From Heteronotia binoei (taxonomy: Eukaryota), in contig NC_083240.1 of the NCBI RefSeq assembly GCF_032191835.1, forward strand, positions 24,056,001-24,120,000: 64,000 nucleotides of DNA, written 5' to 3'. The number at the start of each line of letters is the position of its first letter. The stretch's first letter is position 1. Positions 36,452 through 55,400 of the stretch are shown here, in pieces. The notes below the pieces were generated by a model. It made no database searches, was not told where the DNA came from, and saw only the letters and a list, made by a program, of their open reading frames with translations. The position numbers and the translations under genes are program-made.

Positions 36452-36660
36452 TGTGTAGTTGGGGAGAGCCTACGACGAGCGCGGCGTCTGAGATAGGCCA
36501 CGTTTCCATGGACACGAGAGATGGCGCTCTGTCTCGTGACCCATAAGCCTCGCCTCTTTGCCTTCAAGGCGGCCGAACGAAAAGAGGGGCTTCCCTGGTG
36601 CAGCCGGCGGAGGGGTTGAGGGCGTGTGAACGTATGCAGACCGTCCCCCTGGGCAAAGTT
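36380..36660 (-). promoter_or_regulatory. MKS1 CpG-rich promoter with RFX X-box-like motif (36502-36515) and YY1-like AGATGGCG
   Basis: Dense CpG around the ATG; GTTTCCATGGACAC is one mismatch from the palindrome GTTTCCATGGAAAC. Confidence 0.7.
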
Positions 36661-38300
36661 TTTTCCCATGCTCAGTTGCAGCCACGGATGAATACGTGCA
36701 GATAGATCCAAGTAGAGCAGCCTTGTTGGTCGGAAGCAGTAGAACAAATGTGGAGTCCAGGAGAACCGGGACAAATTTGGAGTCCAGTGGCACCTGGACA
36801 AACAAAAGTTTATTCAAAGTGTGAGGGTTTGTGTGTGTGAGGGTTTGTGATTCATTGGAATAAGACATATTTGTCTTATTGCATATACCAACCCATCCTA
36901 TGGCAAACTATATGCACTTGGCTACTGCTTTGTTCTATTGCTTCAGACTAACACAGCTGCCTACTGGGATCTATCTACATTGGAATGGAGGTTCACTGTT
37001 CATATATACAGACAGATACCTCTACTACACAGGTAACAGCATATTAGCTTATGGCTTATTGAAGATATTTTGACATATGTCAGGACTAAACAGCAATAAT
37101 AAGCTAAGCTTATAGGTCACAATATGTTTGGGTGTGGTTGTGTGAGTGTGTCTGTGTGTGAATTGTTAATTTCCGTTTCTATGTAACTGAAGAAGTGTAC
37201 CTACACACTTCCTTTAATAAACTTTTTTTTGGTCATAAAGGTGCCACTGGACCCAAAATTTAATATGTACAGAGTTCCTGCATCGACAGCTGCAGCAGCT
37301 GTTGGCTTGTCAGTGAACAAGGGGAAAGCCCCTGGGCCTGTACAGTTCCTCCTGCCTCCTCTGCCTTTAGGTTTTAGGCATCCCCGGATGGGAACCAGAC
37401 CTCTCCATCAGGCATAGAGGTATCCCAAATGTGCAATTCCACACCCTCTCCATATGAGCTTGCTTCTACTTGTCTTTCATCTCTTTCATGATTGTGGTCC
37501 AAATTGGAACATCCAAAAGACACCAGCTGCTAATGAAGCAATCAGCCCTGCTTTTATGAACTTAGGAAGCTGCTTTATACTAAATCAGTTCATCAAGATC
37601 GCTATTGTCTACTTAAGAGTGGTAGCAGACCTCCAGGTTTTTAAGCAGAGCTCTTTCACACCATCTTCTGTCCAATCTTTTTAAACTGGAGATGACAGAG
37701 ATTAGAACCTGGGATCTTCTGCATACAAAGCAACTCCTGTTCATTTCCAGAACTGTGCAGAAGTCCAGAGTGGATTGCATCCCATGAATTTGAGCTGTAA
37801 TTTGAGGGGTCCCCAACATGGTACCTACCAACCCCCTTTCTTGCAGTCACAGTCACCAAGTGTTTTTAGGAAGTGGGCATGGCAAGGTGAGTCTTGCCCA
37901 GCAAGGCTTCTGATTTGCTGCCAAGACTTCAGCTGCCACCACAGAACAAGGATTTTAGCTATGTGGCTAAAGGTAAGCTGTGGTAGCCATTATGTGGTCG
38001 TGCCCATCAGTGTTTCAGAATTCCAAAGGTGCCTGCAGGCTCAAAAAGGCTGAGGAGGACCCCTTGGTCTACCAGCATTCATACTTAAAGCTGGTACTGA
38101 GGTTGTCTCTTCACTGGCTTACTGGCAATCCTGTTTTCTGTGATTTGTCCTTCCCCCATCATACCCATCCAGGACGTCTCTCCTTCCCGTTCCTTCCTTC
38201 CCTCCTCTACCTTCCTTTCCTATAAGTCTGCAGCAACTCCAGACAGGGAGCATTTTGTTTCTGAGTTCTTTACACCCTCAGGTTTCTATTAGTATCAGGT

Positions 38301-38590
38301 AATCGTGGCGCAGAGTGGTAAAGCCGTAGTACTGCAGTCCAAGCTCTCTGCTCACGATGAGTCCGATCCTGGTGGAAGCTGGGTTGAAGTAGCCGGCTCA
38401 AGGTTGACTCAGCCTTCCATCCTTCCGAGGTCGGTAAAATGAGTACCCAGCTTGCTGGAGGGAAAGTGTAGATGACTTGGGAAGGCAGTGGCAAACCACC
38501 CTGTAAAAAGTCTGCCGTGAAAATGTTGTGATGTGATGTCACTCCATAGTCGGAAACGACTGGTGCTTGCACAGGGGACTACCTTTACCC
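38301..38590 (+). mobile_element. Sauria-type SINE
   Basis: gtggcgcagagtggtaaag...ggttgactcagccttccatccttccgaggtcggtaaaatgagtaccc...ggggactacctttacc. Confidence 0.8.
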
Positions 38591-38703
38591 AGTTAGCAGG
38601 GATTGCACCTTCCCACCTTGGTAGCTCTTTGCAGGACCTCCACCTTCCATACCTGGCCCCCCCCCCCAAATAATGGTCATGACAACTGGACTATTTCAAA
38701 TAT

Positions 38704-38709
38704 TTTAAT
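38704..38709 (-). terminator. ATTAAA candidate polyadenylation signal of BCL7B
   Basis: tttaat on the plus strand in an AT-rich patch, about 0.9 kb past the BCL7B stop. Confidence 0.4.
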
Positions 38710-39616
38710 TTTAAAAATATTCTCTTCAGTGCTAAAATATCTCTTTGCTTCCCTGCACGGCCAGCACTTCTTGCCGCAGCAGGGCCTCAATCACAGACTC
38801 AATTCCACGTGCAGATTGTGACAGGGGTCAGGTTTGCAGGGGCCAGAGGGGGCTGGTTGGTCTGGGGGCGGTTGCTCTAACGGGGACCCCCCCCAAAAGA
38901 AGGGGCTGCTTAGAGACAGGCCCCCACTGGCTCGAGGCATGCAGCTCCCTTGTTGCCTGAAGGAGGGGGAACTGGCCAAGCTCCACCTGCGCCAGCCGAC
39001 AAGGACTGTTTGTAGACCCTCATCCTAGCAGGGAGGATCCTTTCTTTGCAGCCAAGCCTGCAGGCTCCAGACCAGCTGCCCAGATACAGCCCCCCTCTCC
39101 CCCCCAAAAAGGTGCAAATCTCCGGCCTAATGGCTTAAAACTCAACAACTATTGCACGGCATCCCAGCTGGACTCCCCCCAGGTCTCGTGCTTCCATCCA
39201 GGGAGAACCTTTTGCTCCCAAGAAGAAGAGGGACTTCAGGGTTGTCCAATCAAGTGCTGAAAACTTCTCGGTCCTCGAGGAACCTCCTAAGCCACAATCC
39301 CCATTCCCAAGAGTCCACAGAGGATTGAGAAAATAAAAAGAGAGGCTGTGCAGCGCCTCATCTCTTAGGCGTGCAAGTGAGGGGGGTAAAAGAGGGAAGG
39401 GAATGTTGCATTGGGGGAGACAGGACAACTCTTGGCAGAAGTGGGTGAAGGCAAGCTGGCATCAGGAGGGAGCACGGTCCCAAAGAACAACAGGACAAGG
39501 ATGGTTGGAGGGCAGTGGACGGGCATCCCAATTGTCAAAAGGATGAGCATCTCGTGGGCAAGGGGGGCAGACGGACTCTTAGGGAAGGACCATATCGCAG
39601 GGGAGAAGCTGGCGGG

Positions 39617-45420
<5,804 letters not shown>

Positions 45421-45914
45421 TGCAGTGTGCTTAGTTTGCGCCCAACTACAAGTACGAGGGGTTATTATGCTTGTATACAATACAGGCTAAATTCTGTGTC
45501 GCTAAATGTAAGAATATATATATATTATGGTATTATTAAATATGACTTATTCTTAAAACTGCTTATAGCCCTTTCCATAATCAAGGCACTTCATTTTGTT
45601 GTATTTTTACATGCCCATAAAGTAGACTAATGCTGTGATTCCTATATTGTGGATAATGAGGCAAGGTACCAGAGGCTGAGTGAAGCTTCTTTGCCTATGG
45701 CCTGCCAATGAAAACAGAACATTTTGGCAGCTCCTATGACCATTAATCCAAGACCTGACAGGAAATTTCTGTCCCATTGCAGATTTACAGCTTGGAGGCT
45801 ACTCTGCCATCTGGAAGGCTCAACCCCTCCCTCCTTCCCTCAAAAACACTATATTAAGAGCTACAACCCCCCCCCCCACTGTAACTGGCAAACGTTGTTT
45901 TAATGTTATGAGAA

Positions 45915-46185
45915 GCAGAAGACTGCAGATTTATACCCCACCCTTCTCTCCGAATCAGTCTTAGAGTGGCTTACACTCTCCTTTATCTCCTTCCCCCACA
46001 ACAGACACCCTGTGAGGTGGAAGGGGCTGAGAGAGCTCTCATAGAAGCTGCCCTTTCAAGGACAACTACAAGAGCTATGGTTGACCCAAGGCCATTCCAG
46101 CAGCTGCAAGTGGCGGAGTGGGGAATCAAACCCAGTTCTCCCAGATAAGAGTCCACGCACTTAGCCACTGCACTAAACTGGCTTC
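45915..46185 (-). mobile_element. tRNA-derived SINE (Squam3-like)
   Basis: Same unit as 6675-6950. Confidence 0.85.
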
Positions 46186-47058
46186 TCAATATAAACCTTT
46201 AAAGGAATAACCAAGAAACACAAATCTGCAGCTGCATTTTTGATCTGAAAGAGAGCTGCATACACCAAGGGTGATTGTACAGGCAAAGTAATTAAATATA
46301 AACCAGGAACCTTTTACACTAAAGCAGGCCCAGCTACAGAGCAGTTGCCCTTCAAGGAATGTACTTCCAGTTCTGCAGACGTACCCTGTGCTTGGTTCCT
46401 TAGCAGCATGTACCCTCCCTCCAATGACTGGACAGTATGCACAACTATACGTTTACAGTTGTAGCTGAAAGAGCAGCCCTAGCACCTTTGACTTGAATGG
46501 CGAGCTATAAATCCACTCAGTAATCAAGCCCTCTTCACTTAATTGTGTATATATAAAAACAATTTTTAATTATATAGAACTGAATGGGGCAGTCATCAAA
46601 ACACAATGAGGCACCAATTTGGCTGCTTTTGCTCTGGGAGCTGAAAACACCATAGCAGTACTTAGTGGTTAAATCTACTCCGCCTTACCCTAAATTGGCA
46701 CTCCCTCATGTGGGCAGCAAACATAAAAGCTGCTGTGAGTAAAACAATAAGACTGAGTTCACTATAATATGTTGGGGAGTGGAGGAGCATGCTCTGTTCA
46801 GCTAGAGAAGAAACCTTTACACTGTAAAAAGTACTGGTTCAGCAGACCTGAGAAGGACCTTCAGAATGAGCCTCCTAAGCAGAAAGCTGGTACAAGAGCC
46901 TTGTCTATTGTCTGAAGATTTTTAGGGAAGGGTGAGATAAAAGTTAAAACAAAAGCTGTACAAGGAAAACTTTGGAGGCAGCAAAGTGGGATTACTTGGG
47001 CCAGTTTTGGATGCTGGAATTTTTGCAGAGGAGGGTCCAATAAGCTATCCTACTAGAT

Positions 47059-47322
47059 CGGGGTCCTCACCATAGTGCCCATCAACACCTTTTCTGGCAC
47101 CTGCCAAATGTAGGGCTTTTGCCCAGCAAGGCATCTGATTGACTGTAGATTTTTTAAAATGTGATTTGGCATCACCTCTCAACAGTGTACAAGGATCTAC
47201 ACAGTGTCACTGAAGTCAAGTTGTTGCAATCACCTCCTATAGCAGCCATTTCGTTGCTGCAGTCATTATGCTGTGGCGGAATTTCAAAAGTGGCTGCAGG
47301 CTCAAAAAAGTTGGGGACCACT
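47059..47322. mobile_element. hAT-like non-autonomous element; related copy near 37808-38065
   Basis: ggggtcc...ggctcaaaaaagttggggaccactg termini shared by both copies. Confidence 0.55.
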
Positions 47323-47689
47323 GCTTTAGGCTGTCAGGTTTTGTAAATTCAGCCCATGCTAGGAGCACACATAAATCATCCTAAAAAACAACAGGGAGAA
47401 TACAAAAGCCCAATGAACCTGTCCTGACTCCCTACCTGAAATGACATATTCCCTTAGATAAACTTATCCACCACCAAACATCATATGTTAATACAGGATC
47501 TAAATACAAGTGCTGTAGCAAAACACCTAATTTTTACAGAAGGAATTCTAACAGATTGCATATATGCAATATTTATGCATCGTTTAGCCAAGAGGGAGAA
47601 GAACAAGAACCAGGAAATGGATGAGAAATCTTACGCAGCCATGTGATAGGTCACCATTTGTTGGCCCTTTTCTGTACTACCATAAAAGC

Positions 47690-49170
47690 TGCCAATATAC
47701 ATTTTTTCTTTTCAAGCTTGTTATACGCAGGCTGCTGCATTCCATGCCAAATTCTGAATTGAAATGGCAAAGGTCATCAGTGCATAAGGCTGAGGACTTG
47801 CCTACCTTAGAGACCATCTCTCCCCACATTCCCCAGAGAGTACTCAGATCTGGAACACAAAATCTACTATCGATCCCTCGGGCCAAGAAAGGCAAGATTA
47901 AAAATCACCAGGGAGAGAGCCTTCTCAATTGCTGCCCCCTATTGGTGGAACCAACTACTGGAGGAGATTAGAGCCTTGTGGGACCTCGCCCAGTTCTGCA
48001 AGGCTTGCAAGACAGTATTATTCTGGCTAGCCTTCAACTGCATTTCTGCCATTGTAATGCAAAGGATACCTAAGAGCACTGAACACCATCGGAAATTTTG
48101 AGGTTGAGGAGGAGCGGGCTGAAGTTGAATCCAGCGAAGACAGAAGTCCTTTGTCTGGGTCGGGGCGCCCGGGAAGGGGAAATACCTCTTCCGGTCTTCG
48201 ACGGGGCGCCTCTGAAAGCGGCGCACCGGGTTAGGAGTCTGGGAGTTCTACTGGAGCCTTCATTATCAATGGAGGCCCAGATGGCAGCCACTGCCAAGTC
48301 AGCCTTTTTCCACCTGAGGCGGGCAAGGCAGTTGGCTCCCTTCCTAGAGCGCCAAGATCTGGCAACGGTACTTCACGCAACGGTCACCTCGAGACTGGAT
48401 TACTGTAATGCCCTCTACATGGGGCTGCCTCTGTACCGAACCCGGAAACTGCAGCTGGTGCAGAACTGCGCGAGCTGCACTGGCTACCAGTTATATACCG
48501 GGTTCGTTACAAAGTGCTGGTCATTACCTTTAAAGCCCTATATGGTCGAGGACCTGTCTACCTTAGGGACCGTCTCTCCCCATATGAGCCCCAGAGAGCA
48601 CTGAGGTCAGCTGGAAAAAACTTGTTGACCACCCCCGGACCAAGAGAGGTGAAGCTGCAATGCACCCGAAATCGGGCCTTCTCCTCTGTAGCCCCGAACT
48701 TATGGAACCAACTTCCAGAGGAAATGCGGGCCCTGCGGGACCTTGAACAATTCCGCAGGGCCTGCAAAACTTTCCTCTTCCAACTGGCTTTCGCTGACGA
48801 GGAAAGTAATTGCTAATGAGACCGCCATCATAATAAAGAACAAATAGCAATAGCATTAACATTTTTATTAAATTAATTAATTTTAAACCTATTAGAATTT
48901 TTAATGTTGAATGTAACCTGTCTCTGTATAATGGAATGTTACTGTTAGCCGCCCTGAGCCTGCCCCGGCGGGGAGGGCGGGATATAAATAAAATTATCTA
49001 ATCTAATCTAATTAATAATCTTAGCACCAAACTTTTAACCTGCTATATTACTGAATATTGCATTATTTTAAAATGCAAAATTAATGTTTATCGGGATTTT
49101 ATTCTTGTGAGCCGCCCTGAGCCTGCTTCGACAGGGAGGGCGGGATATAAATCTAATAAATAAATAAAAG
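47690..49170 (+). mobile_element. L2 LINE 3' region: a younger copy (~48076-49010) inside or next to an older degenerate copy
   Basis: ORF fragments LKLNPAKTEVL, TSRLDYCNALYMGLP, LVITFKALYG are L2 ORF2 C-terminal motifs; two successive tails gccgccctgagcc...gggcgggatataaat. Confidence 0.9.
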
Positions 49171-49428
49171 GAAACGCTGTTCCTATGGCTCAGCTCCAAG
49201 CATGGCTAGAAACACTCCAGGGTACCATTTCTGAGAGCCCCAAACTTTCTGGAGAATTTGCAAGACGATGGGATTTTTCAAAACCTGGGCTGCAAGCCTA
49301 CATTAGAAACATGCAAAGTTTTCTTCACCATTAGCTCCCAGAGATGACTCCTAATGCATTTCCTACCAACTCTGAAACTAGGCAGTTAAGAGGAAATTCC
49401 AGGAAGCCAGACTTGTCCAAAAAATTCT

Positions 49429-49434
49429 TTTATT
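49429..49434 (-). terminator. AATAAA polyadenylation signal of TBL2 (short 3' UTR)
   Basis: tttatt on the plus strand, about 65 nt downstream of the TBL2 stop. Confidence 0.55.
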
Positions 49435-49499
49435 AGCACGTATCCCATGTTAGAATCCTGACCCTAAGTCTGTATGGGGGCACTGCACATGAAAAAGGA

Positions 49500-52400
49500 T
49501 CACTTTCTCTTGCTGTAGATACTCTCCAGTGAGTTCTGGGCATTTGTGATCTGCTGTTGCAGTCTCTGCCTAGTGGATTCGTTGGTGGCCTTCTTCAGCA
49601 GAACCTTCATTTCTTCCACCACTGCCCGGTAGCCGGCTGTGTTGTGGAAGACTCGGATGGCCCGGTCCCCACAGGAGACCAGGAAGCGGCTGTTCACATC
49701 AAAAGCCAAGTCGGTGATGTGCTCTCCATGGACGTTCTCAAAGCACTCTTCCTCCTTGCCTTCCCTGGTGTTGTATACAAAGATGCTGGTGCTGCAGGAG
49801 ATGGCTAGCGTTCGAGCATCGGGGGATAGAGCAATGCGGCAGGGTTCTGCCACCTCACATTTACCCGTCAGCAGCAGGTAGGGATCCTGCTGTTTCTTGT
49901 ATTCAACATCTGTGTCCCACAGTTTCCATGTGCTGTCCTTTGAGACTGTTGCCATCCTGTGGGTGAGAGAGATACCGTACGCATTGTAAATGAAAATAAA
50001 TAAAACCAGAGAATTATAGAGTTGGAATGGACTTCCAGAGTCATCTAGTCCAACCCCAATGGTGACTTCCAGCTCGGAACATAGGAACAGAAGGGTTGGT
50101 AGTAATATATGACACGACGAAAGCATATGAACCTCCTTATTGTCTATTTTGAGGCAGTCTATTAGGAAGAATGGGTCAGGGTAGGGAAATACTGGTGATA
50201 AGTGCTTGGATTGGTGAAAAGAGTTGGAAAGTGTTTCCTCTTTCCAACTGCTGCTGTTGTAGATCCTGGCCACCACTTCTTCTCTCTTCTCTATCCCAAA
50301 CTGTTACTTCCCTCAGCTGCACCTCCCTTTCAGTGTGGCTTAGTTTACAGTGTCTCCAGATTCTTCTTAAATTCTCAGAATGGTCATTGCTATCCAGCTA
50401 CCTATAACTGTTTTTAGGACAAATTACAATAGGGAGGGGGAATGGGAAGGAGAGAAAACAGTCAAGCAATCCTGCCTAGACAAGTTTTTCAAAATTCTTC
50501 CTTCTCTGGACGCGTTTATAAATAACAACATAAGATTGTAATCTATTGCAATGTTTATTGTGTGTGTTTATTTTCCTCTTATTGCACTGTTTTCTACATT
50601 TGTAACCCACTGTCTGCTTTATGGTATGCTATATTTTACAGAGTTTTTATTGCTTTGGACAATTTGTTTTAGTTGTTTCTCAGTTCTGTAGTCTTAGTCT
50701 TAATTATATTGTTTCTTAGAGGTCTCTGCTGTCCCTTTGAATTGATTTTTATATTTTGTAATCCACCTTAAGTCTCAGTGACAAAGGTGGACTATAAATT
50801 AAGTAAATAAGCAAATATTGCTGGTTGCTTGCTGGCCATCTGGCATGTAAGGATGGCACATTCTATGTTTTATTTATTTAAAACATTTGTTAGCTGCCTT
50901 TCTCCCTTGTAGAATGCAAGTCAGCTTACAATATAAACAAAACATTACTTTAAAAATAATTAAAACGATAAAAGTCGCAAGCTAAAAACTTTAATTGGAA
51001 CTGCCAACAATAAAAGTTAGAGCCACTGAAACAAGTCCTAAACGAAACAGTTTTCAACTGCCTCGTGAAGTTCAACAATGAGGGGCCAAGGCTAACTGCC
51101 CATGGGAGGCTGTTCTAGAATTGTGGGATTTCCATGAAAAAGGCCCTCAAGCCAGCATCTTTAATTGGTCAGGAGGGCATTTCCTCATGATCTTAATTCA
51201 TGGGCATGAATATATATATATAGATGGACTCCCAACATCTCCATCTCTGTAGTCTTTTGGACACAGCTGAAGGTATCAATAGTACCCTAGAACAATGTCC
51301 TTGGAGGTTTGGACCCTACCACAGAGACCCACCCCCCTTGCTGGTATTCTTTGGTGGTCTCCAAGATCAATCAAAGGAGTTCCTCCATCTGTGGATGCTT
51401 CAGAACTTCCGTTCCTTAGAGACTTGCCAAGGTTCTGACATCCTTCAGCAGTAGTTTAAAACTGCTTCTAGCCCCACTGGTGGACCTCTTGATGGCACTT
51501 GGGTTTTTTGGCCACTGCGTGACAAAGAGTGTTGGACTGGATGGGCCATTGGTCTGATCCAACATGGCTTCTCTTATGTTCTTATGAATGTTTCCACACC
51601 TTAGGTTATAATGCATCAGGCATGGCTTGAGTCCTGAATCCGATTGTATAAACCAATGAGAACTTGAGCACGTACTGCCAGACCTTCCAAGGACACACCT
51701 TCAACTTGTTATCTAGCAAGAAGAAAATCCATGTGAAAGGAAGAGCCTTTCTTGGCACAGAGCTAGTTCTACCCAATACTAGCACAGATGATCTCATCAG
51801 GGACGGCCAAGGCTAGCTATTCTGGGAAGCTGAGACAGTACCTTACCTCCTGGAGTCATTGGAGAAGGAGAAGGAATACACGCCTGCTGTGTGGCCTTTC
51901 AGCTCAAAGGCCCTGGCCACCTCACGGAAGTCTCCACTCTTACTGAAACACACCTCCCACACCTTCACATCCGGGGTGAAGCCGCAGGATGCAACAAACC
52001 TGAAGGGAGAAAGGCCACCGATGGGACATTGGGTTCCCAAACTGGACAACAACCAACAACCACACCTGCATGCGAGTGCCCACTTTGCTGCAGAGAGCAG
52101 CCTGGGCCCACAGATGACACCATCCTTACCTCCCACAAGGCGACACAGCTGCAAAGGCATTGTTCATCTGGTTGGTGTTGATGCTGGCCAGGACTTCCCC
52201 CTTTGGATCCCAAATGAGGATGGTGGTGTCACTGGAAGCTGTCATGATGAACTTTCCTTGTGCAGAGAGAAAAAGGTTAAGGTTTTTTCCCCCTAGAGCC
52301 GGCCCTAAGAAAAGTCATGGGTGCTTAAGAGGACTAAGCAAGAGTGAAGAAAGAAAAACATTGCGGAGTGGTTGAGCCCCTCTGTCCCCAGCAGCGGGAA

Positions 52401-55400
52401 AGTTAAAAGGTCCCAGTGGAATACCTGTGTCGGCGACTCCGATGTTGATGACGGGGGCTTTGTGCTGTTTGGGGAAGTCTTCTGGGGCAGCGACGTAAGC
52501 AAAGCTACCATCCTCTTTCTTGGTCATTTTAAAGACTCTGATGGTGTCGCCATTAGCCAGCCAGGCAATGAAGGCTCTGAGTGAAGGAAGGAGAGTCATT
52601 ACCTGGAAGCGACAGAAGGAACAAGCTGCTGTGCCTTGCAGGGCAACTTCCACCTCTGTGTGTTGCTGGCCGAGGCTTCCGGCACTGAAGTTGGCTAGGA
52701 CAGGCTTGGGGGGATCCAGTTTCATGCACTGCTGTGCCCCACAAACTTCTACATGTGTTACAGAGGAGTGGAAGGGAAGCAAAAACTGCCATGGGCAAAC
52801 TTTAATCCTTATCAAGCCAAGTGCCCATGTAAAGAACCAATATCGGGGTTCAGTTGGGAGAGAGAACAAACCACTTAGCTCCTAGGTGAGGCAATGCACA
52901 GATTGCAGCAGGCCTGCCAAAAATATTTGACTGGGCCTCCCTCGCCTAGCCTCCCCTCTCCTTTCCCCCCCGACCTTTGTGGGTTGCTCATGGTTCCTTA
53001 GTGCATATATTTTTTAAAAAAATGCAACAGCAAGTCCAAGAAATGGATAGTCCCTGGGATGGAAGGTCAGGAAGGCTCACTGCATCCAGCCCCAGAATTT
53101 TCCTGCTGCAACACGTACACTCTCCATACCTGGAGTCTGGGTAGAAACGGACCAAGGTAGCATGATCCAGTTCCACATTGGCCCGCAGGCAGCGGTGCTC
53201 CCGCTCCAAGAAATCCTTGGTGCTCCAAATGCGGACAGTGCGGTCATCAGAGCAGGAGGCCAAGTACTTGCCGTTGCTGCTGAAGTCCAAGCAGCTGATG
53301 CTGCCGCTGTGACCCTGCAGAGCACCAAAAACACTCACTTTTGCATTCGCAACAAACAATAATCTGGGGTGTTCCATTCAGGGGCAACCAAGACCCCAAA
53401 GATCTAGCCATGCCACAGGAGCATGAAAGACAATCATAGCATCAGTGGAATTCCCACTTCCTGTATTAAATGAGCAGAGGTCAAAATGCCTCTGTATTTA
53501 CTAGATTTATACACCAATCCCTATGGGGACACAGTGGTTTATGTCACTCTCTTTTCCTCTGTCCTCACAACAATCTTGTGAGGCAGGTTAGCTGGAGACA
53601 GCATTACCAGCCCAAGCTCATCCACCAGGATTCCATGGAAGAGTGCAGATTCATGAGGTCTTCCAGATCCTAGGCCAACTCTCTAACCACTACACCACCG
53701 TGGCTGTCATCTTCAACTCTAGAGTGGGAGGAGCAGATGAAAGACTGGCCCACAGGAGGAGTAGAAGAAAGAATGCCCCATAGGAGGAGTAGAAGAATCG
53801 TGGTGGAGGATTCCAAAGAGGGGTGGACCCCACCATTTGGCATTGTGAAACTGGTAATGTTCCTTACATTTGTAGCTGGCCACAGAAGGGTGGGCATGTG
53901 CACACACTTGCCCCCCTGAAGCTGAATACCCTGTAATGCCTCATGCTTACTGAGCAGCAGCAGTGTGATTCCAAGCAAAGAAGAAAGGGGGGGAGGGGGA
54001 GTTGGTTTTTGACATCCCGCTCTTCAATACCCGAAGGAGTCTCAGAGCAGCTTACATTTGCCTTCCCTTCTTCTCCCCACAACAAACACTCTGTGAGGCA
54101 AGTGGAGCTGAGAGAACTCTGAGAGAACTGTGACTGGCCTAAGGCCACTCAGTTAGTTGCATGTGGAGAAATGGGGAATCAAATATGGTTCTCCAGATAG
54201 CGTCCGTTGCTCTTACACCGCATTGGCTCTTAGACTGTCTTGAAGGCCAAATGATAGGACAACAAGCCTTCTTCCAAAAAGCTGCCATATTCTAGAAATA
54301 CCTAGGTCCACATAAAAAATGTTGGGGACTAAAGGCCAAACATTCTGCAAGGCCACTGAACAGAGTGATCTCTAAACCATTCCCTTCATGTGCCCCCCCA
54401 CAAAAAAAAAGACAGAAGAGAAATGTGACAAGGAAAGCCAGTCACATCTTGTAACTTTCTACATGCTCTGAAGTGAAAGGGAATGACTTTTTCAAGTCAT
54501 TCTCCAAGCTCTCTCCCTTCCTATCCTTCCCCAGTCTTCACTCCCAATCTGCTCTGAGTCTCAAACAAGGCAGTTTGTAAATGAAGTAAATAAAACCACA
54601 ACAGTACATGTAACCCCATTTGCTCACATTCATCTCTCCTTACCTGGATCCCCAGCTCCAGCACTAATAAGTCACATGACGTGGCCAAGGTGGCCGTGAA
54701 TAAACCGCTTCAATCAATTGCTCCACTGTTTAAATTTTTAAATTGTATTTTAATAGTCCAGGTTCTCCTCAGCTGTGCTGGACTGTTTGGTTTATTTGGA
54801 CAAAGCTGGACTATTCCTATCTACAAATATCAAACTGCTGGTCAGACTGTTTACCTATTTCAGCAAAAAAAAAAATCAACTGTTGATATGAGACTGGGAA
54901 CCTCCTCCTAAAGAAGCAGATTACAGAGTCCCAGAATGGGGACGAAAAGTGGCCGAGAAGAAGCCCAGATCCCCACTGTCCATTCAAACTGGCCAAGCAG
55001 TTATGCACTGATGATCTGTTAACAAAAAGAATTAATTAGTGATATTTCTACTTTCTCCTCCTCCTCCAGTAAGCACAAGTTCTATGAAGTGGGGATTTTC
55101 CAGTTCTCATGGAACGCTAACTGAGGAACTGCCGGGGATGGGGTGTGAGAGAGAAGGTATGCTCAGCCAGTTTCTTGCTCCCATTTTGTAAAACCTGAAG
55201 CTATGACACTGAATTATTTCTGCAGAAGAGAACGAAAAGATTGGCTGTTGACCAAGGATAACATTGCAGAAGGTTGAGCCATGTCAGAAGTACAGACCCC
55301 GTTTTCCTTGATGTGTGGAGGGCAACATATTGGAATTGCTGGCCTCTGGAACACATCCCAGAGCAACTGCACTCACCTTGAGGGCTGCGGCCAGGAGCGG

